A stretch of DNA of 32,000 nucleotides. Origin: Clostridium bowmanii. GTDB taxonomy: Bacteria > Bacillota > Clostridia > Clostridiales > Clostridiaceae. Shown here piece by piece: positions 8,135 to 17,400 of this stretch. Numbering within the stretch: the first letter of the stretch is position 1; every line of letters starts with the position of its first letter. The position numbers were made by a program, and so were the translations under genes. The stretch lies in NCBI RefSeq assembly GCF_018861315.1, contig NZ_JAHLDL010000001.1:31923-63922 (forward strand), given 5' to 3'. The notes under the pieces were generated by a model that had not been told where the DNA came from, searched no databases, and was given only the letters and a program-made list of their open reading frames with translations.

Positions 8135-8998
8135 TTATTCTGTAAATCCTTCTCCTAATACCTCTCTAACATCTGCAATAGTGATAAATGCTTTAGTATC
8201 TATATCTTTAACCATTTTTTGCAGAGGCACCAATTGATTTTTACCAACTACTACAAATAGCACCTGTTTTTCTCCCTTTGTATACATACCAGTACCATTT
8301 ATTCCAGTAACTCCTCTTTTTAGGTCCCTCAATAATGCTTCCGCTATTTCCTTAGAATTATCTGAAATAATAAATACCGCTTTAGAAAAATTTATTCCTT
8401 CAAGTATGCTATCTATAACTTTTGAAACTATGTATACTGATATAAGTGCATACATAGCTTTTTCAATTCCAAATACAAAAGCACCTATTATTATTATAGT
8501 TGAATCAATTACTAATATAATTTTAGCTATTGGAACATTCTTTAAATAAACTTTTATTATATTTGCAGCTAAATCGGTACCACCAGTGCTAGCAGATGCT
8601 CTTAATACAAAGCCTAATCCTATTCCAACGAACACCCCACCAAATATACTTGATAACAAAAAATCGACCTCTGGTGCTGGTATAAAGCTTGTATAAAACA
8701 ATGCAAAAGATAAATAGGCTGCAGCAAACACAGATTTGCCTACAAATTTTCTTCCCTTAAGTTTTATAGCAATAGCTAGCAATGGTATATTAACTACAAT
8801 ATTAGTAAGCCATAAGGGTATTCCTGTTCCATAGTGTTTTTCGGTAATATATTGAATTATAATGGCAAGACCTGATAATCCACCTGTCACTAATCTTATT
8901 TTCGCCAAAAACATATTTACCCCTGCTGCAAGTATTGTACTTCCAATAATAATATAAATATAATTTAAAATATTTTCATTTTTAGTATCTATTCTCAT
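8135..8998 (-). CDS. YitT-family membrane protein (second paralog)
   Basis: 287 aa with the same architecture as 3732-4583. Motifs include GGLSGLAIII and ASTGGTDLAANIIK, plus a C-terminal DUF2179-like domain ...ITIADVREVLGEGF. Confidence 0.8.
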   Translation of the reverse strand: MRIDTKNENILNYIYIIIGSTILAAGVNMFLAKIRLVTGGLSGLAIIIQYITEKHYGTGIPLWLTNIVVNIPLLAIAIKLKGRKFVGKSVFAAAYLSFALFYTSFIPAPEVDFLLSSIFGGVFVGIGLGFVLRASASTGGTDLAANIIKVYLKNVPIAKIILVIDSTIIIIGAFVFGIEKAMYALISVYIVSKVIDSILEGINFSKAVFIISDNSKEIAEALLRDLKRGVTGINGTGMYTKGEKQVLFVVVGKNQLVPLQKMVKDIDTKAFITIADVREVLGEGFTE

Positions 8999-9174
8999 TT
9001 GCTTTATCCTACCTTCTAATTTTTAATCAAGCCCATTTTTAATCAATAAAATTTAATCAAACTAATTTCCCCTCAATAAAGTTATCACAATTATTGTATT
9101 ATGTAAATATAAAGCTTGCTCATATTTAGAAGTTTTTAATATCTTTGTTAACTATAGCATATTTTACTCCATTT

Positions 9175-9236
9175 AAAAAACACCACTTGCAATATTAATT
9201 TAGGGGGACTAAAAATACTGCATGTGGTGTTTTTTT
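9175..9236. terminator. Bidirectional terminator-like hairpin downstream of the MBL hydrolase gene
   Basis: AAAAAACACCACTTGCA (9175-9191) pairs with TGCATGTGGTGTTTTTT (9219-9236) with one mismatch. An inner mini-hairpin TTTAG-GGGGA-CTAAA is present. T-runs occur on both strands. Confidence 0.55.
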
Positions 9237-9309
9237 ATTTGGTTATTTAAAGGATTAACATAAATGACTATATTTATTCAAATATTTAAAAAATATTTGA
9301 AAAATATTT

Positions 9310-10047
9310 TTAGTAAATTATTTCTTGCCCAGAATAATTTATTTCAACTGCTTTTATGTTACGTTTTTTCATTTTTTCAACAAATTTTTTAGTAACCCCC
9401 ACATCATCTCCAAAATGCATAGGTATGAATAAGTCAGGGTTGATTTCTTGAGAGAAATAATCTCCGCCTAAACAATAGAATTCTTGGAGTCTTGAATCTA
9501 CAGGAAAAAATGCTATGTCAATGGGTTTTTCTTCTTTTAACTTCTCAATGTGAGCTTTAAATGAAGATTCTGCTAAAGATTGTTCCTCTGCGCTATCTTC
9601 TTTCCAGTGCCACCAGTTAAGATCTCCCGCATGAAAAATGGTCAGCCCATCTACTTTCACTAAGAAAGATATACCAATATCTGTTGAACCATAAGCTTTC
9701 ACATAAAGGCCTTCAAATGATTTTTCTTCACCTTCCTCCATAAAGCTATAACTAGGTTTATTTACACTTATTTTTATGTCTTCACTAAATATATATTTTA
9801 TATTTCTATTATATTTCTCCCACTCTAAAATTCTAGAATTAAAATGATCCGCGTGACTATGCGTGGCAAATACAAAAACGTTTTTCATGTTCTTAATATT
9901 TTCAGATGATAACAACTCTGACTTATGATGAGTTTCATCTTTTTCTAAAGGTTCCTTAAAATAATCAAATATTAAGAAATGATTCTTAGTCTTAATAGCA
10001 AATCCACTATGATATATATAATATATTTTTGCTTGTATTTCACTCAT
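9310..10047 (-). CDS. MBL-fold metallo-hydrolase
   Basis: 245 aa with the metal-binding motif ATHSHADHF, a later HAGD, and a C-terminal PMHF. An AGGAG RBS is present. Confidence 0.7.
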   Translation of the reverse strand: MSEIQAKIYYIYHSGFAIKTKNHFLIFDYFKEPLEKDETHHKSELLSSENIKNMKNVFVFATHSHADHFNSRILEWEKYNRNIKYIFSEDIKISVNKPSYSFMEEGEEKSFEGLYVKAYGSTDIGISFLVKVDGLTIFHAGDLNWWHWKEDSAEEQSLAESSFKAHIEKLKEEKPIDIAFFPVDSRLQEFYCLGGDYFSQEINPDLFIPMHFGDDVGVTKKFVEKMKKRNIKAVEINYSGQEIIY

Positions 10048-10248
10048 AAATTATCGCTCCTAACTATATTTTTTTTGTGTATTTTAAATAAATAAAATTC
10101 TATCATCCTTATTTTATCACAGACACATGTTAACTTCATACTAAGTTATATTTTTTACTTTAAATAATTCTTTATGTAAAAATTCAAGAAAGCATATAAT
10201 CATGATATAGTATATATATCAAATTTTTTAAAAAAGGTGGTTATATTA

Positions 10249-10617
10249 ATGAAGTTTTCGTTTGATCATAATAATATAAATGTGTTGGATTTAGAAAAAA
10301 GTGTAAAATTTTATAAAGATGCTCTAGGATTTATAGAAATCAGGCAATTTCACGCACCAGATGATAGTTTTACTCTTGTATTTTTAGGAGATGAATCAAC
10401 TAATCATAAATTAGAGCTTACTTGGATAAAGGGTAGAACTGAAGGCTACAATCTAGGTGAAAACGAGTTTCATCTTGCCGTAGTTACAGATGATTTTGAT
10501 GCAGCTTATGCCTATCATAAAGAGATGAAGTGTATATGCTATGAAAATAAACCTATGGGGATATATTTTATTATGGATCCAGATGGATATTGGACAGAGA
10601 TTATTCCTAGAAAATAA
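10249..10617 (+). CDS. VOC-family protein (glyoxalase I / lactoylglutathione lyase-like)
   Basis: The ORF is 10237-10617. AAGGTGG lies 8 nt before ATG at 10249. The N-terminus reads MKFSFDHNNINVLDLEKSVKFYKDALGF, followed by ...EFHLAV...DPDGYWTEII, which is typical of small glyoxalase-fold proteins. Confidence 0.7.
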   Translation: MKFSFDHNNINVLDLEKSVKFYKDALGFIEIRQFHAPDDSFTLVFLGDESTNHKLELTWIKGRTEGYNLGENEFHLAVVTDDFDAAYAYHKEMKCICYENKPMGIYFIMDPDGYWTEIIPRK

Positions 10618-10796
10618 TCTTAATAAATTAGTACAAAGTCTTATTAAAATAAATATTTTTTTCAAAGTCTAAATAAAAAATAAGTTCCTTCGAAGGTTAT
10701 TGTATGATATTATTTTATTTATCGTTAATATTTAAGTATTTTACATGCAGTTACATTAAATAAAGTTTTATGTATCTGCAAGATTAGGGGGGAATT

Positions 10797-11582
10797 ATGA
10801 ATATTTTTTCAATTATATTTATACTAATAAGTTTTGGCTCTATGATAGGGGCCTTCATTTTAGAAGGTGGCAGTCCTGCTATGCTTATGGCTGCCACTGC
10901 TGCTATAATAGTTTTTGGAGGTACAATTGGATCCGTCGGCCTTGCATCTTCAACTAAAAAGTTAAAAAATATTCCTGCTATGCTTAAACTTATATTTACA
11001 GCAAAAGAAAAAGATTTAGTAGAAATTGTGAGCTATTTTAAAAACTTATCCTTTAAAACTAGAAAAGAGGGCCTACTTAGCATTGAAGCCGAAATAACAG
11101 GTTCATTGGACCCTTTTGTTAAAAAAGGTTTACAGCTGGTGGTAGATGGTGTAGATCCTCAAATGGTAAAAACAATTTTAGAGTTTGAACTTGAGTCGAC
11201 ATATGATAGACATAAAGAAAATGCTGCTATATTTGAAGCTGCTGGCGGATTTGCACCTACTATGGGGGTTATAGGTACAGTTATGGGTCTGGTACAAGTC
11301 TTAAGTAACCTTGCTGACCCAGCTGTACTCGGAGAAAAAATTGCCGTTGCATTTATAGCTACGCTATACGGGGTTGGCTCTGCAAATTTAATATTTCTTC
11401 CTTTAGCCGCAAGATTAAAGGATTTAAATAATGAAGAAATGAAAGAAAAACAACTGGTAATAGAAGCTGTTCTTCTTATGCAAGAAGGTGCGAATCCTAA
11501 TATTTTAGCTGAAAAACTGAAAGGATTCCTAGATAAAAAACAAATAAACAAATTTAATGAAATGAATAATGGGGTAGCATAA
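10797..11582 (+). CDS. motA: Flagellar-type stator protein MotA/MotP (MotA/TolQ/ExbB proton channel family)
   Basis: 261 aa with 4 TM helices. It has the conserved channel segment GGFAPTMGVIGTVMGLV and is translationally coupled to motB. Confidence 0.85.
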   Translation: MNIFSIIFILISFGSMIGAFILEGGSPAMLMAATAAIIVFGGTIGSVGLASSTKKLKNIPAMLKLIFTAKEKDLVEIVSYFKNLSFKTRKEGLLSIEAEITGSLDPFVKKGLQLVVDGVDPQMVKTILEFELESTYDRHKENAAIFEAAGGFAPTMGVIGTVMGLVQVLSNLADPAVLGEKIAVAFIATLYGVGSANLIFLPLAARLKDLNNEEMKEKQLVIEAVLLMQEGANPNILAEKLKGFLDKKQINKFNEMNNGVA

Positions 11583-11584
11583 TA

Positions 11585-12334
11585 ATGAAAAGGAAGGAAG
11601 AAAAGGAACCTAATAGTGAGCGATGGCTTTTAACTTATTCAGACCTAATAACCTTACTTATGATATTTTTTGTTATTATGTATGCATCAAGCAATGCAGA
11701 CACTACTAAATATAAACAGCTATCCCAGTCACTTAACGCAGCTTTCACTGGTGGTAGTGGAAAAAGTATTATTGGAGATGATTCAGCTATAAGTATATCA
11801 GAATCGAGTACTAAAATAGTTGAAGAAACATCAGCAGGTACTAAAACATCAGAAGAAAATCAAATGGAAGATATAAAAAAGAATGTGGACAAGTACTTAA
11901 AACAAAATGGATTAAGCACTAACGTATCTACTAAAATTGACGAAAGAGGCCTTCAAGTAAGTCTTAATAGCACTCTTCTTTTTGATATAGGTAAAGCAGA
12001 CGTTAAAGCAGACTCAATAATAAAGTTAATAAGTATAGGAAAAATACTAAATAAGGTTGACAATTATGTAAGAATAGAAGGCCATACAGATAGTACTCCA
12101 ATTAGTAATAACGAATTTAGCTCAAACTGGCAACTTTCTGCTATTAGGGCTACTAATGTTACTGAACTTCTTATTTCACAAGCAGGAATTTATCCTAAAA
12201 GGATATCAGCAGTTGCCTATGGAGAAAATAGACCAGTAGCAAATAATAATACTGGAATTGGAAAAGCTAAAAATAGAACTGTAGACATCATTATATTGAG
12301 CAGTAAATTTTCAAAAACAGAAAATATCAAATAA
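11585..12334 (+). CDS. motB: Flagellar-type stator protein MotB/MotS (OmpA-like peptidoglycan-binding C-terminus)
   Basis: 249 aa with an N-terminal TM helix carrying the conserved Asp (WLLTYSDLITLLMIFF). The OmpA-like domain reads IEGHTDSTPI...NWQLSAIRA...NRTVDIII. Confidence 0.85.
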   Translation: MKRKEEKEPNSERWLLTYSDLITLLMIFFVIMYASSNADTTKYKQLSQSLNAAFTGGSGKSIIGDDSAISISESSTKIVEETSAGTKTSEENQMEDIKKNVDKYLKQNGLSTNVSTKIDERGLQVSLNSTLLFDIGKADVKADSIIKLISIGKILNKVDNYVRIEGHTDSTPISNNEFSSNWQLSAIRATNVTELLISQAGIYPKRISAVAYGENRPVANNNTGIGKAKNRTVDIIILSSKFSKTENIK

Positions 12335-12368
12335 AAAAGATGTTGCTATCTAAAGCAACATCTTTTTT
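12333..12368. terminator. Bidirectional terminator between motB and clpA
   Basis: A 15-bp perfect stem, AAAAAAGATGTTGCT (12333-12347) with AGCAACATCTTTTTT (12354-12368). The loop is 6 nt. Confidence 0.8.
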
Positions 12369-12380
12369 AAATTATTATTT

Positions 12381-14693
12381 TTAAATTATTATTTTTAAAT
12401 TTCCTTTAATAATTGAAAGTTTACCATCCACAATATCAACTACTGCACTACCACCCTGCGAAAGTTCTCCAAACAGTACTTCATCTACAAAATAAGTCTT
12501 TATTTCCTGTTGAACTACTCTATTGATTTCTCTTGCACCATAAGCCTCAGAAAAACCTTTTTTACTTAACCAAGCATATAGATTTTCTGTAACCACTAAT
12601 TTTATATTTTTGGTTAAAAGTTTTTCTTCAAATTGTTTCATTGCCTTCTTAGCTATTTGAAGTGCCATAGCATCGTCAATTTTATTAAATACAATTATAT
12701 TATCCAATCTATTTCTGAATTCTGGAGAAAACACTCGTTCCACTTCTTTAGTAATTGCTCCCCCTGACCCTATTCTTTCTCCAAATCCAATTATATTTTT
12801 ACTAGCTTCCCTTGCTCCTGCGTTAGAGGTCATTATTAAAATAGCATTTCTGAAATCTGCTTTCTTACCCGTATTATCTGTAAGTGTTGCATAGTCCATA
12901 ACCTGTAACAACACATTTAGTATGTCAGGGTGTGCTTTTTCAATCTCATCTAGGAGTAGCACACAATGAGGATTTTTTTTCATAGCCTCAACTAATAGTC
13001 CTCCTTCTTCATACCCCACATATCCTGGTGGTGAACCAATAAGTCTAGCCACAGTATGCTTCTCTTGGTATTCACTCATATCAAATCTAATAAGTGGAAT
13101 AGACAAACCAATAGACAATTGCTTACTTACTTCAGTTTTTCCTACTCCTGTAGGTCCTACAAAAAGTAAAGATGCTATTGGCTTGTCTTCTTCATTAAAC
13201 CCTGCTCTAGATCTCTTTATAGCTCTTACCACAGTGTCTATAGCCTCGCTTTGACCAAAAACTTGCTTTTTTAAATTGTTGTCCAAGTTTTTTAGTGTAA
13301 GAACTTCATTATTGGATACACTTTCCTCTGGAATTTTTGCAATTGAAGCTACTACTTTCTCCACTGCGCCCACCGTAATAACAATGGGTTCTTCATTATC
13401 TTCTGCATTAAGCCTTGCATAAGCGCCTGCTTCATCCATAATATCTATAGCCTTATCTGGGAGATATCTATCCTTAATATACTTGCTAGACAACTCAACT
13501 GCTGTTTTTAAAGCCTCTTCTTTATATATAACATTATGGTAATCTTCATATCTGTCTTTTAAGCCCATAAGAATATCAAAAGTATCAACAGTTGAAGGCT
13601 CCGGCACTTCAATCTTTTGAAATCTTCTAGCCAGTGCACTGTCTTTTTCAAAATGTTTCTTATATTCATCATAAGTAGTTGATCCAATGAATCTTACCTT
13701 ACCATCTGCAAGAAAAGGTTTAAGAATATTTGATGCATCCATAGAACCTCCAGAAACTGCACCTGCACCAACTATAGTATGAATTTCATCAATATAGACT
13801 ATAGGTTTTTCTTCTTTACTGATTTCTCTTAATACTCTTTTAATACGTTCTTCAAAATCGCCTCTATACTTTGTACCTGCAATTAGAGACCCCATATCCA
13901 AATAAAATATCTTACTTCCTTGTAATAACTTAGGTACCTTATTATCCATAATTAGTTGTGCAAGTCCTTCGGTAATAGCAGTTTTACCTACCCCTGGTTC
14001 TCCTACGTGCACCGGATTATTTTTAAGTCTCCTGCATAATACCTGCAGTGTTCTTTGCAGAATGTCTTTTCTCCCAATAAGCGGATCCATTTCCCCTCTC
14101 CTAGCTTTTTGCGTTAACTCCACAGTAAAATTGCCTAGAAAGTTTTCTTCCCCCTTTGGGTTATTCATATCTTCTTCAAATGCTTGGTCTATATCTTCTT
14201 CGTTTTCTTCAAATTCAACGGACTCTTCTTCCTCATGGTTTGTTGTACCTGCAAAGTCAAAAGTATCTACTACAGATATGCCGTGGGCTATATAATTAAG
14301 AAGATCCCGCCTCTTCACTTGCTGTTTACGCAAAAAATACGAAGCAAAACTTTCCTCATCGTCATACATGGCTACAATTAAATCACCTATTCTAACCAAT
14401 TCTTTTCCCGAAAGCATAACGTGATCTTCTGCTGTTGATAAAATTGTTTGAATACCAATTGTTTGGATTGGCTCTGCATCTTCCACAACATCTATATTTT
14501 CCTTTAAAAATTTTACTATCTGTTTTTTAAGAGTTTTAACATTACCACCACTATTCTCTACTATATCAATTCCCTCTTCAAAAAATAAAGAGGCATAAAG
14601 AATATGTTCTGGGGTGAAATATTCATGATTGGACATTTGAGCTTCGTTATAAGCTGCCGTAATAATCTCATTTACTATATTATCTAATTGCAT
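12381..14693 (-). CDS. clpA: ATP-dependent Clp protease ATP-binding subunit ClpA
   Basis: 770 aa with an N-terminal Clp_N repeat region and an acidic linker. It has two AAA+ modules, with Walker A motifs GEPGVGKT and GPTGVGKT. It lies immediately downstream of clpS, with a GAGGAG RBS overlapping the clpS stop. Confidence 0.92.
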   Translation of the reverse strand: MQLDNIVNEIITAAYNEAQMSNHEYFTPEHILYASLFFEEGIDIVENSGGNVKTLKKQIVKFLKENIDVVEDAEPIQTIGIQTILSTAEDHVMLSGKELVRIGDLIVAMYDDEESFASYFLRKQQVKRRDLLNYIAHGISVVDTFDFAGTTNHEEEESVEFEENEEDIDQAFEEDMNNPKGEENFLGNFTVELTQKARRGEMDPLIGRKDILQRTLQVLCRRLKNNPVHVGEPGVGKTAITEGLAQLIMDNKVPKLLQGSKIFYLDMGSLIAGTKYRGDFEERIKRVLREISKEEKPIVYIDEIHTIVGAGAVSGGSMDASNILKPFLADGKVRFIGSTTYDEYKKHFEKDSALARRFQKIEVPEPSTVDTFDILMGLKDRYEDYHNVIYKEEALKTAVELSSKYIKDRYLPDKAIDIMDEAGAYARLNAEDNEEPIVITVGAVEKVVASIAKIPEESVSNNEVLTLKNLDNNLKKQVFGQSEAIDTVVRAIKRSRAGFNEEDKPIASLLFVGPTGVGKTEVSKQLSIGLSIPLIRFDMSEYQEKHTVARLIGSPPGYVGYEEGGLLVEAMKKNPHCVLLLDEIEKAHPDILNVLLQVMDYATLTDNTGKKADFRNAILIMTSNAGAREASKNIIGFGERIGSGGAITKEVERVFSPEFRNRLDNIIVFNKIDDAMALQIAKKAMKQFEEKLLTKNIKLVVTENLYAWLSKKGFSEAYGAREINRVVQQEIKTYFVDEVLFGELSQGGSAVVDIVDGKLSIIKGNLKIII

Positions 14694-14695
14694 AA

Positions 14696-15013
14696 TTACT
14701 CCTCTTCTAAGGTCAATTTTAATGGGAAACCACTTTCCTCACACATTTCCATAGCTTGAATGATTTTTGTTACACCTACGTCATAGCTATATATTCCTGC
14801 AATGCCTCTACCTTTTTTATGTACATCAAACATAATTTTCGTGGCTTGCACAACCTGTTTTTTAAAAACTCCCACCAATACCTGCACAACAAACTCCATA
14901 CTTGTATAATCATCATTATGAATAATTACATTGTACTTATTGGGTTCCCTAATCTCCATTTCTATTTTATCCTTAATATCGATTTTTTCATCAAAAATAC
15001 TTTGCTGCGACAT
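14696..15013 (-). CDS. clpS: Clp protease adaptor ClpS
   Basis: The ORF is 14696-15028. GGAG lies 9 nt before the second ATG (15013). The core YNVIIHNDDYTSMEFVVQVL... is the ClpS signature. Confidence 0.88.
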   Translation of the reverse strand: MSQQSIFDEKIDIKDKIEMEIREPNKYNVIIHNDDYTSMEFVVQVLVGVFKKQVVQATKIMFDVHKKGRGIAGIYSYDVGVTKIIQAMEMCEESGFPLKLTLEEE

Positions 15014-15214
15014 AATTACCAACTCCACTGTTTTAATCGAATTTTATGTTGACACCTATTCAAATACTAACTAGTCTATTTTATTTCTAGTATCTTACTA
15101 TAAGACTATTATATCCTACTTGTTTATATATTACTGCATTTACCTATATAATTTCAACCATTCTATGCTTTTTTCTTTATGTCTAGAATTTATAATATAC
15201 ACATATTCAAAGTA

Positions 15215-15242
15215 ACCTTTTATTTATTTCCCGCATATTATG
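15215..15242 (+). promoter_or_regulatory. Possible mother-cell (sigma-K-like) promoter upstream of the first Cys-rich paralog
   Basis: AC (15215-15216), 17 nt, then CATATTATG (15234-15242). The recalled sigma-K consensus is AC-16/17-CATAnnnTA. There is one mismatch and the element is short, so the call is weak. Confidence 0.2.
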
Positions 15243-15280
15243 TAGAAGGTCATAAGGCCTCAGAAAAGGAGGAATTACTC

Positions 15281-15964
15281 TTGGAAATTAAGGAAACAGT
15301 TCACCCTTGCGATAAATGTGGTGAAGTTAGTTCGCAAACATTGTGTTTAAGTGATGGATTTAATATTGAACCAAACGGTATTAATGGCCCTCTAGTAGTT
15401 AAAGTTCCAGTTGTATTAGCTCAAAAGAACATTCAAATAGATGTTGAATCTGAAATTAAATTAAAAGAACCCTTCTATGAAATTAAAAGAATAAAGAAAA
15501 CTGTGTTTTTAACTCAATGTAAATTGCTTCCATTATCCGGCAGAATTATAGATGGTGTTCCTGTTACTGGAAAATTATTTATAAGCGGATATGTAAGAAA
15601 AAATATAGAATATGCTACTGCTGATTGTGTAGATAAAAAAGTTGTAAGTGGTAGAATAGCTCATACAACAGTAGATTGTCCATTCACAACTGTAACCGAA
15701 GTTAGATATGTTATTACACCATTAGTTAATACTACTATTGGAGATACTACAACATTTGCTGAAACCCCATTCTGTGAATTAGAGGCAGTAAGAATTATTG
15801 AAGACGAGCTTATAAGAGATCCTATTTGCCACCCTATTAATGATAAAGTACAACTTTATAATAAAATAGTTGAAAAAATGGTAGTATATATTAATGTTAA
15901 AGTATTGCAAGTACAACAAGTAAATATCCCAGGTATTGATACATTTAATTCCTGCGACAGATAA
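15281..15964 (+). CDS. Cys-rich hypothetical protein, paralog A (possible SPOCS/DUF3794-like spore-surface protein)
   Basis: The ORF is 15179-15964. AAGGAGG (15265-15271) lies about 9 nt before an in-frame TTG at 15281. The product is 227 aa with 9 Cys and no signal peptide or TM helix. It is clearly homologous to the next gene, which supports both as real genes. Confidence 0.7.
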   Translation: MEIKETVHPCDKCGEVSSQTLCLSDGFNIEPNGINGPLVVKVPVVLAQKNIQIDVESEIKLKEPFYEIKRIKKTVFLTQCKLLPLSGRIIDGVPVTGKLFISGYVRKNIEYATADCVDKKVVSGRIAHTTVDCPFTTVTEVRYVITPLVNTTIGDTTTFAETPFCELEAVRIIEDELIRDPICHPINDKVQLYNKIVEKMVVYINVKVLQVQQVNIPGIDTFNSCDR

Positions 15965-15989
15965 ATATATAAGTATAAACATTTAGATA

Positions 15990-16034
15990 TAGTCGTTCTT
16001 CTAAAATTAATAATATTCATTAGACGAACGTCTA
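15990..16034 (+). terminator. Weak hairpin between the two paralogs
   Basis: TAGTCGTTCTTCTA (15990-16003) pairs with TAGACGAACGTCTA (16021-16034) at 12 of 14 positions. The loop is 17 nt and is followed by ATTATCTATATT. Confidence 0.3.
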
Positions 16035-16201
16035 ATTATCTATATTGGTCTTAGTTTTTTTACATATATAATAATGTTTTAATACATATGGCATCTAAAA
16101 AAATAACTAGTCAGTTTATTAATCTATTCTAGCTTAATCAATACTTTATCTAGTGAATTTTACTTCGATGCCTAAGCCCTATGATAAAGGAGCATATTTC
16201 C

Positions 16202-17050
16202 ATGGTATCATACAATAACTATGATAAGTTAGTAACTAGAAAACTAATTGAAATTTTGAAAACTTTACAAGAATTATCCTGTGCTGAAAGTACTGCGCAT
16301 GATAACATTGCTGGACTAAATAGTTCTAGTGCGAAAAAAGATCAAGAGGATAGAATAATTTCTAATTGTAATGAAAGTTGGATAGCAACACTTCCCATAA
16401 TAATAGCAGAAAAAAATATAGATATTCCTATTGAGTCCATATTTAAATTGAAAAATCCAGCATTAGATATAAAAAGTATGAAAAAAGATGTATATCTAAC
16501 TAATAGTTCACTATTACCTCTATATGAAAAACAAGGTATTCCTGATGCATTAAATGGGAAACTATTTTTAGAGGGTTATATTAGAAATAAATTAGATTTT
16601 TCTATAGCAAAAGAAGTACATGATAATATAATTAATTTAGATACTGAATCTGTTATAATTTATGTTCCTTTTAAATTTACTACTTTAATTCAGTATAAAT
16701 CCGCTCCAGTCTTCTCTAGAACCGAAGATTATATCCCCATATATATATTATCGAATTGTCAGGATTTTCATAATGATTACCATAAAAATTCAAATGAATA
16801 TACAAACAAAAGAGAGACTCAGCATGAAGAATATATTAATTGCAATACTCCGCCCATAAAATGTGAAATAAATAAAATTAAAATTCATGAAACATATACC
16901 CTTTTGGATAAAGCACCTTTTAATAAAGACTTTCCTATTGAAATGGAATTTCATACTATCAAGCAAAACATAATAATAAATCTCTCACTTGAATTGCTCC
17001 AGAAACAAGATGTATCCATGAGTTCACTTCTTATGCAACAAAAAAAATAA
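16202..17050 (+). CDS. Hypothetical protein, paralog B of 15281-15964
   Basis: The ORF is 16181-17050. AAAGGAG lies 9 nt before ATG at 16202. The product is 282 aa and shares the core LP(I/V)..A.KNI.I..ES..KLK.P...IK..KK.V.LT...LLPL...GKLF..GY.R with paralog A. It has no TM helix or signal peptide. Confidence 0.7.
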   Translation: MVSYNNYDKLVTRKLIEILKTLQELSCAESTAHDNIAGLNSSSAKKDQEDRIISNCNESWIATLPIIIAEKNIDIPIESIFKLKNPALDIKSMKKDVYLTNSSLLPLYEKQGIPDALNGKLFLEGYIRNKLDFSIAKEVHDNIINLDTESVIIYVPFKFTTLIQYKSAPVFSRTEDYIPIYILSNCQDFHNDYHKNSNEYTNKRETQHEEYINCNTPPIKCEINKIKIHETYTLLDKAPFNKDFPIEMEFHTIKQNIIINLSLELLQKQDVSMSSLLMQQKK

Positions 17051-17245
17051 AATTCTTCTTATAGATAACATAAACTAATTCATCATTTTGTATAATAATC
17101 TTGCATTCATGTTTAAATAAAAAAAATATGGTAAAACTATTAGATGTTAAGTGAATTTTATTTTATTCTCCTAATAAATAAATTTCATTTTACAATTCAC
17201 TCAATTATACTAGATCATATTCTCTAAAAGCTCTTTCAAATGGTG

Positions 17246-17277
17246 AAAACCCCAAGGTAAATTGGGGTTTTTATTAT
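17246..17277 (+). terminator. Rho-independent terminator
   Basis: AAAACCCCAA (17246-17255) pairs with TTGGGGTTTT (17262-17271). The loop is GGTAAA and a T-rich tail follows. Confidence 0.7.
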
Positions 17278-17400
17278 GCACAAAAATAACCAACTTATCA
17301 TTAACTGAATAAGATGGCTACTCTAAAAATATGATATATATTGGGAATGCATTGCGATAGCAGGATTTTTCATATTAATAAAATGTACGTTACACAAGAT

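Noticed and set aside
10797-12334. I considered whether MotA/MotB might be part of a Zorya-like anti-phage system.
   Set aside because: Both proteins have ordinary stator lengths and domains. ZorA-type proteins are much longer and have a long C-terminal tail. No ZorC/ZorD-like helicase or nuclease genes are nearby.
12369-12396. A 14-nt tandem duplication, AAATTATTATTTTT x2, spanning the clpA stop codon.
   Set aside because: It is a low-complexity AT repeat at a gene end, next to the terminator. It is most simply a slippage product with no evident function. It only touches the last few clpA codons (KIII-stop).
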